Shown here: positions 1 to 12,195 of the stretch, piece after piece | Numbering within the stretch: the stretch's first letter is position 1 | Layout of the letters: each line of letters begins with the position of its first letter | NCBI GenBank assembly: GCA_012026655.1 | Contig: JAAILG010000007.1 | Coordinates: 124,001 to 188,000 of the forward strand | DNA from: Hydrolagus affinis | Taxonomy: Eukaryota | DNA: 64,000 nt | Direction: 5' to 3' | Notes under the pieces: model-generated | The model's database searches: none | What the model saw: only the letters and a program-made list of their open reading frames with translations | What the model was told of the DNA's origin: nothing | Translations under genes and position numbers: made by a program

Positions 1-192
1 CTCCAATGACTACAAAATGGTTCAAGGACAACAAGGAGTTGATATCTAGTCCATCGTGTTACATTTCAAAGGAAGGATCAACAAGTTTGCTCCAGCTCTT
101 TTCGGCAAGCGTATCAGACACGGGTGACTACACATGCCAAGTCAGCAATGAAGTTGGAACAGTGACATGTGGCGCAAAACTCTTTGTGAAAG
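1..192 (+). CDS. ttn: Titin Ig exon class A (5' part outside window)
   Basis: KWFKDNKEL...DTGDYTC...LFVK; donor AG|GTGTG. Confidence 0.93.
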
Positions 193-1223
193 GTGTGAAT
201 TTTCTCATAGTGTTTCCACCGAACACTGTAAATTTTCTTTGAATTTTATTGCGAAAATCATTGTAACTTCTTCTTATTCCTTCTGTTCCAGTCTGCGTCT
301 ACGTGTTTTGTGCTCTGTCTTTATTTGATTGATTTTGCTTTACACACAAACTGAACAATCTTGGCTTTCATGTTGATGCTATTTGTTGTTGTTCTCAGAG
401 AAAATGGAAAACCTCAATTTTAAGCTGTTGTAAGTTTTTTTGTCATAATTTGATGATGTGCATTTTGAAACGATTTGGTTTAAACTTATAAGGAGATTAT
501 GTAGGAAATTGTCAAATAATATTTTCTAAAGAAAATTTGTTACATTAGAATATGTGACTCATGAGCCCAAAGGGTGAGTGAGTTGTCTCATCTGAAGCCA
601 TAAGGTGGTTCATCTTCGGGTAAGTATCTTATTTGTACCATGGGTGTGGCTTTGCGTCCAGGTATATGGTATAAAATATAATCATATATGTTAGTAACAA
701 GTTAGTTTCACAAATCAAGGATTCCAAATGATTTAAATATAATTGTAACATGTCAAATGATTTTTTTTTAAAAATGGGGGAGGGGGTGGGGGGCAAGTAA
801 TTTTCCTGATATCGTCAAATGATATGTAAAGTCTGTCAAAATGTTTTTGTAAAGTTTTCAAAGGCCACTGACATTTGGATGAACATGCCTTCCTTGATAT
901 TGCAAGGTGCCAGATGTACTCTATTCGATGGCTATTGATATTTGGCATCTATGACTTTAGTTGATGTGGTTTTAACTTTGTGCATCATGTGAGTTCAGTT
1001 CAGGAAGTGAGGAAGTTTTGAGTATAGACAGGTTTAAAATGGAAATTAGATGGACATTTGTTTTCTTAGTGCAACGGTTATGATGGCTTCTCAACACTGC
1101 TTTATTTTAGCAGACGCTTTACTTTCCATGTCTCATCCATTACTGTTCAAATACCTCATCTGAACGTGCGTGATGACCAATTGCTTTTCTTGGGATTAAT
1201 TTTGATACACTTTGCCTTTGTAG

Positions 1224-1505
1224 AACCACCAACCTTCGTTCTGAAACCAGATCCCACAGCATTGCTGAAAAAGGGAGGTTCAGCATCTTTTGAATGCACT
1301 GTAACAGGCACGCCTGATATCAAAGTTACCTGGTACAAGTATGAAACTGAACTTCAACCAACTAACCAGTTCAGAACGTCGTTTGTTGATTCGGTGTCAA
1401 TGCTTGAGATTATCAATGCCAGTGTGGAGGACAGTGGTGAATACATTTGCCAAGCGCAGAATGAAGCCGGGACTGACAGATGCATTGTCACAGTTACAGT
1501 TAAAG
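1224..1505 (+). CDS. ttn: Titin Ig exon class B (282 nt)
   Basis: tag|EPPTFVLKPDP...VTVK|gtctg, phase 1. Confidence 0.95.
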
Positions 1506-1625
1506 GTCTGTGGCCGTGTCTTATTGCGAACAATATGGTACAAGCAATTGCAAGTCATTTTCTTCAGAAATCTTTCCGTTTGGTTGATATCCGAATCCTT
1601 TTGTTGTGTGTCCTTTTTCTTTTAG

Positions 1626-1904
1626 AACCTCCTTCTTTTAGAAAGGAGCTTGATGCAGTTGAGGTGGTAAAAGCCACTGATCTGAGTCTTGAGTGTGAAG
1701 TGGCTGGCACAATCCCTTTCGAAGTCACTTGGTTTAAGGACAATAAGCAAATCCGACCTAGTAAAAAATTCCAGATGTCCGATAGACTCTCCTTAGTCAG
1801 TCTTTACATTCAAAAGATGGATAGCTCAGACGTGGGTGAATACAAGTGCAAAGTAGCAAATGATGTGGGAAGTTGCACTTGCTCTGCCGGAGTTCAATTG
1901 AAAG
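1626..1904 (+). CDS. ttn: Titin Ig exon class C (279 nt)
   Basis: tag|EPPSFRKELD...VQLK|gtcag. Confidence 0.95.
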
Positions 1905-2058
1905 GTCAGTTCAGCAGATGTTTGCAGACCATTCGCTTTTTTCTTTGGGACACTTGCGATTTCACAGTATTTTTGTTAGTTTTCACTTGATTCATGTTGC
2001 AAAAGAATATCCAGTGCACTAACATTTGATTTGTATAACTTTTTGACTTCAAAATCAG

Positions 2059-2337
2059 AACCCCCCTCATTTGTGCAGAAGATTGCGAATGTGATGGCAT
2101 TATCAGGAAACTCAGCCACTTTTGAAGGCTGCGTGAGAGGCTCGTCTCCTCTGTCTGTTACCTGGATGAAAGACAAGGATGAAATCCGAGAAGATGATAA
2201 TATTAAAATTTCTTTTGAGAACAATACCACTGTACTTCAAATTGCTGCTGTTGAACACAGTCACAGTGGAAAGTACACATGCCAGGCCAGCAATGATGCA
2301 GGCATTGAGAAGTGTTTTGCTACCTTGTTAGTTACAG
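2059..2337 (+). CDS. ttn: Titin Ig exon class D (279 nt)
   Basis: cag|EPPSFVQKIA...LLVT|gttag. Confidence 0.95.
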
Positions 2338-2423
2338 GTTAGTATGAGAGGCTATAAGGCTAAATATATAGGTTTATGGTTCATTCTTTGTCACTGAATT
2401 AATTTAACTACAGTTAGTTATTG

Positions 2424-2830
2424 AACAACAACAATACTTTCATTTATGTAGCACTTATGACAGTGTCACAGAGGAAAGCGGGAGGTGACTGGAAGTACGA
2501 TCAAAAAGAAAGGTCTTCAGACGGGATTTAGAAGTAGGGAGTGAGGGAGCAAGGCAGAGAGATTAAGAGAGAGTTCCAGACTTTTGAGGCATAGTGGCTG
2601 AAGGAACTGCCTCCGATGGTGGAACGGAGGGGACGAGGAACAAACAAGAAGCCGGAGCCAGCTGAGCAGAGACAGCGGGTGATGGAGTTGGGGATTAGCT
2701 GATCGGATAGCTAGGGAGATGCGAGGGCGTAAAGGGATTCAAAAATGAGTGAGAGAATCTTAAAATCAATCCGTTCTGTGATTGTGAGCCAGTGGAGCCT
2801 AGCAAGTACTGGTGTGATGCGGGTAAGGAG
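2424..2830 (-). mobile_element. L2-type LINE 3' fragment, degenerate
   Basis: Reverse-complement (CAA)n tail plus 'catttatgtagcac' end and purine-rich body similar to the L2 fragments at 54.7 and 63 kb. Confidence 0.55.
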
Positions 2831-2899
2831 GTTTGAGCTTTAAAGATGCAAATCATCGTTCTTATTTCTTCTAACGAGGTAGTATGATTTTTCTCACAG

Positions 2900-3178
2900 A
2901 ACCCGCACAAATCCTAGAGAAAACAGAACCACTAAGTGTTACTTCAGGAACCACAGCAATTTTGGAATGTGTTGTAGCTGGCACACCCGAACTCAAAGTA
3001 AAATGGTTCAAGAATGGAGAGGAGGTGACATCCAGCAGGAAATATAAAATGAGCTTTGTGAATAAGGTGGCCAGCCTGAAGGTTCTGTCTGTTGATAAGG
3101 ATGACAGTGGAGAGTATACTTTCGAGGTCAAGAATGAGTTTGGACAAGAGAGCTATAAGACGTCTTTGACGGTGCTAG
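2900..3178 (+). CDS. ttn: Titin Ig exon class E (279 nt)
   Basis: cag|EPAQILEKTE...DSGEYTFEV...LTVL|gttgg. Confidence 0.95.
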
Positions 3179-3566
3179 GTTGGTGAATTTGTGCATTGAA
3201 AGCTTTGCTCATACAAAACATGCATTTCAAAAGAAATCATTTCCAGTCTAATTTAATAAATGAAGGCTTGTAAATGCTCTAATGCTCTGGCATCATATCT
3301 GAATATTGGTGTTATCATATTACCTTTTGTAGTAGAAAATATCAATATTCAGATTGAGTCTGGGGTATTCGATTGGCTTGTAGGCATTGAGGATATCATC
3401 TACAACCATAATTATATCCTTAGTTCTTCATGTCCACATTCACCACGCTCATGCTTTGAATAGCTTAAGGGACATTACAAGTACTTTAAGAACAACATTG
3501 CAAACCATTGCAAAAATCTGCTGCTTTCAGCTGACAACCTTTGTTTTATTGCTCTGTGTTGGACAG

Positions 3567-3854
3567 ATCGAATGATTGCTCCATCATTTACAAGAAAGTT
3601 AAAGAAAATGGATGACATATTAGGGGCTTTGATGCACATGGAATGCAAAGTGTCTGGTTCTCATCCAATCAGCATTTCTTGGTGCAAAGATAACAAAGAG
3701 ATAATGGCAAATGACAAATACGCAATATCATTTGAAGACAACACATCAGTGTTGGAGATCGCTCAACTTGAAATCGCGGATGATGGAAATTACTATTGCA
3801 AAGCAACAAATGATGCTGGAAGTTGTGAATGCAGTGGATCCTTATCCGTTAAAG
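3567..3854 (+). CDS. ttn: Titin Ig exon class F (288 nt, 3-residue linker)
   Basis: cag|DRMIAPSFTRKL...LSVK|gtttg. Confidence 0.95.
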
Positions 3855-4139
3855 GTTTGAAGACCACATTACCACCCCCCCACATTCCACTTCTACTTTA
3901 ACATTCATCAAATGCTAATTTTCCAATGATAAAATTCACTGCTTTTTTTTGTTGGCAACTGCAAATATACTGTTTCCATTTCCAGATTTTACTTCGCATA
4001 AATTTGTTTTTGCTAGTTAAATTTTGTTCAATATTAAGATGCTGGAATTGCACATTGAATTTGTTTTTGAAACGATAGCTTTTTATTTTCCTTGCGGCTA
4101 ATTTCACTAATTTTTTTCTTCCTCTTAAATAAATTATAG

Positions 4140-4418
4140 AGCCACCAAGCTTTGTAGAAAAAATAGAATCCCAAGGTAGCATACTTGGATCCACGGTGCA
4201 CTTTAGGAGTGTTGTCACAGGAACTCTTCCACTGTCTGTGAAATGGTTCAAAGGAAGCCGGGAACTGAAACCGGGTACAGCATGTTCCATTTGGAATGAA
4301 GGCTCAACACACTTCATGGAACTAATCTCAACTAAACTGACTGATGCTGGTGGTTATACCTGCAAAGTCAGCAATGATGTTGGTGCAGAAACCTGTCATG
4401 CAGAACTACTCATAAAAG
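4140..4418 (+). CDS. ttn: Titin Ig exon class A (279 nt)
   Basis: tag|EPPSFVEKIE...LLIK|gtgtg. Confidence 0.95.
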
Positions 4419-4653
4419 GTGTGCATGTTTGGAACTCTTATTAGCTAACGATTGAGATTTGTATAACACTCTTTCTTACTTAGTTATGTTGAAAGGTACG
4501 TATCTGTCTGAAGTTCGTTTTTCAGTCTGTTTGTCTGTCGTTTATGTTCTTTGTCTGCAACCAGGTCCTAAATATTAAGAGCGTGGATTGCAATTTCAAT
4601 TACTCTATACCTTTAAATTCAGTGCACTGGTTAATTACATTTCATTCCTCTAG

Positions 4654-4935
4654 AACCTCCAACTTTTACTCAGAAGCCAGCTCCTACAGCAGTATTAAAA
4701 ACTGGAGAGTTTGGACGTTTTGAGTGCAAAATAGTCGGTACACCAGAAATCACAGTGACTTGGTATCGAAATAACAATGAAATTAGAACCAGTGAGAAAT
4801 ACAGGATATCATTTGTAAACTCATTGGCACTGCTGGAAATTGCTGGGATAAGCATGGAAGTCAGTGGCGATTATTCCTGCGAAGCACAGAACGAAGCTGG
4901 TAGCAACGGTTGCAACTTTGTGGTACAAGTTAAAG
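4654..4935 (+). CDS. ttn: Titin Ig exon class B (282 nt)
   Basis: tag|EPPTFTQKPAP...VQVK|gtttg. Confidence 0.95.
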
Positions 4936-5030
4936 GTTTGTAACACAAATACCGTACAGAATTGAGCGTTTTACTGGCTGCATTCTTTATCTTTCCTAGT
5001 AAATCATATATCACTGTGTTTGCTCCTTAG

Positions 5031-5309
5031 AACCACCTATGTTTACCAAGAAGCTTGAATCTGTAGAGGTAGTGAAAACAAACGATGTGCCTCTTGAATG
5101 TGAGGTGACTGGTACAGGTCCCTTTGAAGTTGCTTGGTATAAGGACAGTAAGCACATTCGACCTAGTAAAAAATACCTGATGACTTCTGATGATTCATTA
5201 GCCAGCCTTTGCATTCTAAAATCTGACTTCTCAGATGTTGGTGAATACAAATGTACAGTAAAGAATGATGTGGGCAGTTGTTCCTGTAGTGCTGGAGTCA
5301 GTTTGAAAG
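5031..5309 (+). CDS. ttn: Titin Ig exon class C (279 nt)
   Basis: tag|EPPMFTKKLE...VSLK|gtcag. Confidence 0.95.
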
Positions 5310-5330
5310 GTCAGTTGCAGTTTTACTATT

Positions 5331-5484
5331 ATAATGATAATAATAATAATAATCCTTGCATTTGATGTAGCGCATTATCACATCATCAAGACATCCCAAA
5401 GCGCTCAGAGAGTATATTGTAAAGCGGATTGTCGGTGTATTTTGTGGCCGAAACGTGGCCGCCAATTGCGCACAGCAGAATGTC
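5331..5484 (-). mobile_element. tRNA-SINE 3' half (Deu-like core and (ATT)n tail)
   Basis: Reverse complement of the 3' part of the full SINE copies at 29.9, 31.7 and 35.4 kb. Confidence 0.8.
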
Positions 5485-5601
5485 AAAGTATTTTCTTCTC
5501 CACTGTTTACCATCCGCTTAAAAGTGATGAAGACATTTCAGTGTTGCGGGAGTGAAATATTTTCACATAACCTGAACACATGACTGTTTATTTTAAACTA
5601 G

Positions 5602-5880
5602 AGCCCCCAGGATTTACAAGGAAGTTTGACAATATGACAGTGTTTGCTGGGAAACCCACCGTATTTCAATGCCTGGTAACAGGCTCCAAACCTCTGTATG
5701 TAACTTGGATAAAAGATAAAGATGATGTGAAAGAGGATGGAGATATAATCATGTCATTTGAGAACAATATTGCCACCCTGCAAATAAACGCCACAGGAAA
5801 AAAACATGCAGGGAAATATATATGTCAGGCCATGAACGATGCTGGAGCTGAGAAGTGTTCTGCCACATTGTTGGTAGCAG
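5602..5880 (+). CDS. ttn: Titin Ig exon class D (279 nt)
   Basis: tag|EPPGFTRKFD...LLVA|gtcag. Confidence 0.95.
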
Positions 5881-6047
5881 GTCAGTGGACTAAAAGTTGG
5901 GATAAGCTTTGCTACATCACATGATGTTGCCGACTAAATGTGGATTCTTTATTGATCCAAAGCTTTTTTTTAAAGAGAAGCAAAGCAACATCCTTGCCCA
6001 ACGCCGTGACGTTCTCCTACTGAAGAGAGTTTGTTTCCTTCTCACAG

Positions 6048-6326
6048 AGCCAGCAAAAATAACAGAGCAAGCACATTCGCTTAGCGTGACTGTGGGCGAT
6101 CCAGCCAACCTGGAATGTACTGTCAGTGGTACACCAGAGTTAAACGTAAAATGCCTTAAGGATGGGAAGGAGCTGGTGTCTAGCAGGAAGTGCACCATCA
6201 GCTTTCAGAATAACGTGATCAGCCTAAAGTTTCTATCCGTTTGTAAGGAGGATAGTGGTGATTATACATTTGATGTCAAGAATCAATTTGCGTCCTGCAG
6301 ATGCAAAGCTTCATTGACAGTCCTAG
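6048..6326 (+). CDS. ttn: Titin Ig exon class E (279 nt; core Trp replaced by Cys)
   Basis: cag|EPAKITEQAH...NVKCLKDG...LTVL|gttgg. Confidence 0.92.
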
Positions 6327-6532
6327 GTTGGTGATTTCTTTGTGTGGAACGATTACATGAGTAAAACATGCATTGACAGGCCTAGAGTTGGTAGGAATTA
6401 TCTTTGACAGTGCAGTAATTTGCAAATGGAAAAAAAATAATCCTGGTGACAACTACTATATGAGCCCATTGATGATATAATGCAAAATGTTTAGGTTATC
6501 ACAGAAGATCGATCATTCTTAACGCTGATAGT

Positions 6533-6650
6533 CATTGCATTTGATATAGCCCCTTATTACGTCATTCAGCTTCACAGAGTATATTGTAAAGTGGATTGGC
6601 TGCATATCTTGTGGGCGAAAGGTGACAGCCAATTCTGCGGCGTCCACAAA
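6533..6650 (-). mobile_element. tRNA-SINE 3' fragment
   Basis: 'ttgcatttgatatagc...cttcacagagtatattgtaaagtg...cagccaatt' is the reverse of the SINE 3' end. Confidence 0.7.
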
Positions 6651-7006
6651 ATAGACGTAGATGGAGTGCCCAAATCATTACTGTTACTTTAAATTTAAAT
6701 TTTGAAGGGATTATTACCCCAGTTCATAATTTTTATTTATAATTTTAAGAAACGATTTTGAGTTGCTTAAACTATCGATTTCAATCATTTTGGGAGAGAT
6801 ATTTTAGTTAAAACATAAACTCCACTTTGGATTAATTTAAGGGCTTCAAGAGAGTTTTTTTTATACTCAGTTTTTTTTTCCTTGCTTGTTAGAAATTCCT
6901 ATCAAAGCTAACGCATTGAAGCGTAAAGTTTGGTGAAATATTTCCCCCCTCCCAACATTTGCGGTTGAGGTTGACTGGTTGTGTTTTGTCACTTTGTCTT
7001 GGACAG

Positions 7007-7294
7007 ATCAAACAGTTCCTCCAGTATTTACCAGAACATTAAGGAAAATGGACAGTGTTTTAGGATCTTTTATACGCATGGAATGCAAAGTCTCTGGTTC
7101 TCTTCCAATCAGTTTTTCATGGTATAAAGATGACACAGTAATATCAGCTAATAAAAGATGCAAACTGTCCAGCCAACACAACATGGCGATTTTGGAGATG
7201 ACAGAACTAGAGATTGCAGATGGTGGAATTTACGTTTGTAAGGCAACCAATTCAGCGGGAAGTGACAATTGCAGCAATGTCTTTACTGTAAAAG
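7007..7294 (+). CDS. ttn: Titin Ig exon class F (288 nt)
   Basis: cag|DQTVPPVFTR...FTVK|gtttg. Confidence 0.95.
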
Positions 7295-7656
7295 GTTTGA
7301 GAGATTAACTTATTATATTTCAGTGCGTTCCATAGCTTTGGCAAATCTACCCATTATCTTCACGAATTAAGCTCATTCTCATCACAGATTTGTTCCCATT
7401 TTCATTCTGGCTTTTTAGTTTTCCTCACGTTGATTTAATATAATGATAATAATCATCTTTGCATTTGATATGGCGCCTTATCATGTCATTGAGACGACTC
7501 TTTTGTTGAATTTGCAATTTGTTATGTCTTTTGCAGTAAATTGCAATTCTAGCTTTGCAATTGATTTTTAACAGATATCTTACAACAACAAAAAAGTTCG
7601 GAACAAGAGGAATCTAATTCTATTGAACATTTTTTTTCCCCAAAATACATTTTTAG

Positions 7657-7935
7657 AACCACCAAGTTTTATAGAAAGACCTGTTGCCCAGGAGGTTATT
7701 CCTGGCTCTGCAGTGCAGTTTAGAAGCATTGCGAAAGGATCCTCTCCCCTGACCATCAAGTGGCTGAAGGACGGCAGGGAATTGATGTCTGGAGCTGAAT
7801 GCTTCATTTTAAACGAAGGCTCATCAAGTTTGCTAGAGCTGTTTTCAGCCAAAGTTTCTGACACCGGTGACTATACTTGCGAAGCCAGCAACAGCGTTGG
7901 CAGTGAAACTTGTACGACAAGGCTGTTTGTCAAAG
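7657..7935 (+). CDS. ttn: Titin Ig exon class A (279 nt)
   Basis: tag|EPPSFIERPV...LFVK|gtgtg. Confidence 0.95.
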
Positions 7936-8184
7936 GTGTGCATTTCAGACGGACTCTTTTATTCTTACCAGTTGTCGAACTCTTAAAAATTCGACCCATC
8001 TCTTTATCAATAGCTAAACTTTACAGTGTGTTCGGAAACATTATTTTCCTTCATGTCACGTTGCATGTTCTTTATAATGTCACTCTGTTTGTGTCTTCCT
8101 CGTTCATTATGCCCCTGTGTGTGGTATATCTTTGATTTAGTCTTTTATCTTTATAATAAGCTTACAAAATGTTTTATTCTCCAG

Positions 8185-8466
8185 AACCTCCATATTTTAT
8201 TAAGAAGTTAGACCCAACAACAGTGTTAAAAAAAGGAGAGACAGCACGCTTTGAGTGCAAATTAACTGGCACACCTGAAATCAATGTTACTTGGTACAGA
8301 AATAACTGTGCAATTAGTGCCAGTGGAAAACACAGCATATCATTTATTGATTCTGTGGCAATCTTTGAAATGACTGATGTCAGTCTGGATGACAGTGGGA
8401 AATATTCTTGTGGAGCGCAGAACGAAGCTGGTAGCGAATCTTGCAGCATTGAAGTTACAGTTCAAG
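8185..8466 (+). CDS. ttn: Titin Ig exon class B (282 nt)
   Basis: cag|EPPYFIKKLDP...VTVQ|gtttg. Confidence 0.95.
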
Positions 8467-9010
8467 GTTTGTAAACATTCCTTGTTTCACGTTCCATCTG
8501 AACAATAATGGGATCTTTTGAAAATATCCCATTATTGCTTTATTTGTGATTATGGATTTGGAGGCTAATATAAGCTGATTTAGCTTTGATTTTACTAAAA
8601 TATTTCATTTGGCCAATAAGATTTATAAGTGATTGGTCTTTACTAATTAATTATCCTCACAAATTATTCGCCGTGCGACAATGTCACCATTTAAAAAATA
8701 TTTAATTCCCAAATTTTATTGTTTAGAATCAACTACTCTTGGCCCAAATTAATTTTTTGAGGCATGTAAATGCCTTTGAAAATTGTCATTGAATACAAAC
8801 CAATCTCGATAACATAACTCTGTGCATTTAGTGAAAGAGGGAATCTGACTTGACTCCCATAATCAGCCACCAAGTTGGCCTTCAGGCACAAGCCGCTGAA
8901 ATATTGTTTTCGTGGCTCAAGAATTGTCGATGGGAATCACTGTTTTTTTAAAAAAATGTTTAGTGTCTGGGATTTGTCAATTTGTCACGTTGATGTCTTT
9001 GCTTTTGTAG

Positions 9011-9289
9011 AACCTCCGTCATTTACCAAGAAGCTTGAATCTGTTGAGGTAGTGAAAGCAAGTGATGTGCTTCTTGAATGTGAGGTGACTGGTACGGGTC
9101 CCTTTGGAGTTACATGGTATAAGAACAAAAAACAGATACGCCTTAGTAAAAAATACAAGATGGTCTCTGAGAGATCGCTAGCCAGCCTTTGCATTCTAAA
9201 GTCTGATATTTCGGATGTTGGTGAATACCAATGTACCGTAAAGAATGATGTGGGCAGTTGTTCCTGTAGTGCTGGAGTCAGTTTGAAAG
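9011..9289 (+). CDS. ttn: Titin Ig exon class C (279 nt)
   Basis: tag|EPPSFTKKLE...VSLK|gtcag. Confidence 0.95.
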
Positions 9290-9405
9290 GTCAGTTGCTT
9301 TGTGGTATGAAAAGTCATTGAACGCATCATTTCAATGAATTATATTGAATGTTTTGCGTGTGCTTCTGTACAATAACAGAATGTATTTTGTTCACTTCAA
9401 ACCAG

Positions 9406-9684
9406 AACGACCGTCCTTCATAGAGACAATAGTAAATGCAACAACATTTTCTGGAAATTCTACAGTATTCCAATGTCTTGTTAAAGGATCAACTCCCATA
9501 TCTATAAGCTGGATAAAAGCTGATGCTCGTATCAAAGAAGACGAAAAATTTAAAATGTCCTTTGAGAATAATGTTGCTACATTGGAAATAACTAACGTTG
9601 AAGACAATCATAGTGGAAAATACATTTGTCAGGCAAAGAATGATGCAGGAGCAGCCCAATGTTTTGCTACTTTGACAGTCATGG
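9406..9684 (+). CDS. ttn: Titin Ig exon class D (279 nt)
   Basis: cag|ERPSFIETIV...LTVM|gtcag. Confidence 0.94.
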
Positions 9685-9870
9685 GTCAGTAGGAATTAAT
9701 CAGCATAATACAATTGAAATTGTGTCGTTTTTGTTTTACAATTGATTGAGGATCTCTGTCTCAGAATAGTTGCCGTTTCCACGTGGAATTTATTCTGTGA
9801 AAGTCTCAATCACAGACCAACGTTGCTGCACAGTTGTTCTGACGTGAATGGTGTGATTTCTTTCCCTTAG

Positions 9871-10149
9871 AACCTGCAAAAATCATAGAGAAAACTGAGC
9901 CACTCACTGTGACTATGGGAGATCCGGCCATACTGGAATGCACCGTGGCTGGTACCCCAGAACTCAAAGTTACCTGGTTCAAAAATGAGAAAAAGCTGGC
10001 ATCAAATTCAAAATATAAAACAAGTTTTGCGAATAAAGTGGCCAGGCTAAAGATCTTATCTGTTAAAATGGATGATACTGGGGACTATACATTTGAGGTC
10101 CAGAATGAATTTGGAACAAGTGGCTGCAGTGTCCCTTTGACCGTATTAG
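9871..10149 (+). CDS. ttn: Titin Ig exon class E (279 nt)
   Basis: tag|EPAKIIEKTE...LTVL|gtttg. Confidence 0.95.
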
Positions 10150-10290
10150 GTTTGTGATTCAATTGCATTTTAAAAGGGTTTAATTGTTATATATTTTTTA
10201 AAACACACAGATGTTTCTGAATTCGGCATAAAGTTCACAATGCTTCCCTTTTTGATATTTTACGCTTTTTTTTGTGTATTTCTTGGACAG

Positions 10291-10578
10291 ATCAAATAAT
10301 TCCTCCACTGTTTACAAGGAAATTGAAAGAAATGGACAGTGTTTTAGGATCTTTCATGCACATGGATTGCAAAGTGTCTGGTTCTATTCCCATGACTATT
10401 TCTTGGTACAAAGATAACAGAGAAATAACAGATAGTAACAAATACAAGATGTCATATCAAGACAACGAACTGACTTTAGACGTCGTTGAGTTAGATTTTT
10501 CAGATGGTGGGATTTATGTCTGCAGAGCAACAAATTCAGCAGGAAGGGATGAATGCAGTGGTACCTTAACCGTAAAAG
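10291..10578 (+). CDS. ttn: Titin Ig exon class F (288 nt)
   Basis: cag|DQIIPPLFTR...LTVK|gtttg. Confidence 0.95.
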
Positions 10579-10844
10579 GTTTGAAAGCCTACATTTTAAT
10601 ACATTTAGTTAGCCTTAAAGCAAGTCGCAAATACACATCTTTTTTTCTAACAATTTTCTGCAGTTACTTGGTGTGTATAAGCACAGTAAATTAATATGTT
10701 ACATTACGTTATCTTTATTTTGTTATCAATTTATGTATCAAACAGGACATAATTCAGAACCATGCATTCTTTTACTTGTAATCTCTTAGTGTTTGGAATT
10801 TGGAGCTAATCTCATTGAATAACTTCTTTTCACATCAATTTTAG

Positions 10845-11123
10845 AGCCACCGAGTTTTACGGTCAAAATAACGGCCCAGGAAGTTATACTTGGCTCTACA
10901 GTGCAGTTTAGGAGTGTTGTAAAAGGACATTCCCCGCTGTCTACAAAGTGGTTCAAGGATGACAGGGAATTGACGTCTGGTGTGTCATGTTCCATTTGGA
11001 ATGAAGGCTCAACACATTTCCTAGAGCTTTTTTCAGCCAAAATATCCGATGCGGGCAGTTACAGCTGCCAAGTCATCAATGATGTTGGTACCGACACCTG
11101 TGCAGCAAAATTGTTTGTTAAAG
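10845..11123 (+). CDS. ttn: Titin Ig exon class A (279 nt)
   Basis: tag|EPPSFTVKIT...LFVK|gtctg. Confidence 0.95.
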
Positions 11124-11769
11124 GTCTGCATTTCTGGATTTCTTTACCTCAATCGCGATCTAGCATTGTTAGCTAGCCTTTTCAGCCTTCGAAGATTGGA
11201 TAGGGTTAACATATTTTATCTTTGGGGCGAGTGCAGACCAGTGGTGGAAGGTTAGACTCCTACAAGGGATACAGGGGAGGTGGAGATGAGGGACTATCAT
11301 GCATTCAAATCAGAGTTTGCAGTAACATTCAAAATTGTAATTCTTTGTTCTTCGCTAATCTTTGTTAAGTTGCTTACTTGGCAGCAGAACATCAGACATC
11401 ATTTAACAACAACAACAGCAGCAAAATTACATTCATATAGCACCTTTCACGTCGGGAGGACGTTTAAGAACTGCCTTAGAAGTTGGCCTTTGTTAACTGA
11501 ATACAGAGTAATATTAATTGGTGTTGCTTTGGGAGGGCGGAATCTATAGCCCAAGACAAAGAAATATGATGGAATACAGTAAGATGGAGGAAGATACTTA
11601 AAACCAATTAACAAAAAGAAGTAATTTAACTTTGCTTTTCTGTAGAGCAGAAGAGTTTTTTTTAAATTATAGTTACTTATAAATATCTTTTTTAATTCAT
11701 CGCTATTACTTAAGTCTAGTCGCCTACAGATAACCGTTATATTTAAGATGATTATATTTTGGTTTCTAG

Positions 11770-12051
11770 AACCTCCGAGCTTCATTAAAAAGCTAGATTC
11801 TTCGACAGTGCTGAGGAATGGAGACTCTGCACGCTTTGAATGCATTGTTACCGGCACACCTGAAATCAAAATTACTTGGTACAAAAATGACCATAAAATC
11901 AATGCCGATGACAAATACTTGATGTCGTTTGATGATTCTATGGCAGTTCTTGAGATACTTGGTGTTGATCTGAGTGACAGTACACATTATGCCTGTGAAG
12001 CACAGAATGAAGCTGGTAGTGACAGCTGCAGCACCGAAGTGAAAGTTAAAG
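11770..12051 (+). CDS. ttn: Titin Ig exon class B (282 nt)
   Basis: tag|EPPSFIKKLDS...VKVK|gtctg. Confidence 0.95.
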
Positions 12052-12195
12052 GTCTGTAAAAGTATCATCATCGCAATTTGCTCAGAAACAACCTGTGCAT
12101 AGACAAAGTATTTATTCCCTGATAGTACCAATGAGGTACTATTGTTCTCCGCACTTTGGTTGATATGTATTTCTTTCGTTGTGATTACTTCATAG

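Noticed and set aside
776-793. G-rich run ggggg-a-ggggg-t-ggggg as a G-quadruplex element
   Set aside because: Only three clear G-tracts in a simple low-complexity stretch, with no evidence of function from sequence alone.
1166-1990. Long ORFs spanning two Ig or PEVK exons (1166-1990, 45655-46257, 47172-47666) suggesting intron retention or transmembrane segments
   Set aside because: The intervening introns happen to be stop-free multiples of three, the hydrophobic translation reflects T-rich intron DNA, canonical splice sites are present, and paralogous introns contain stops.
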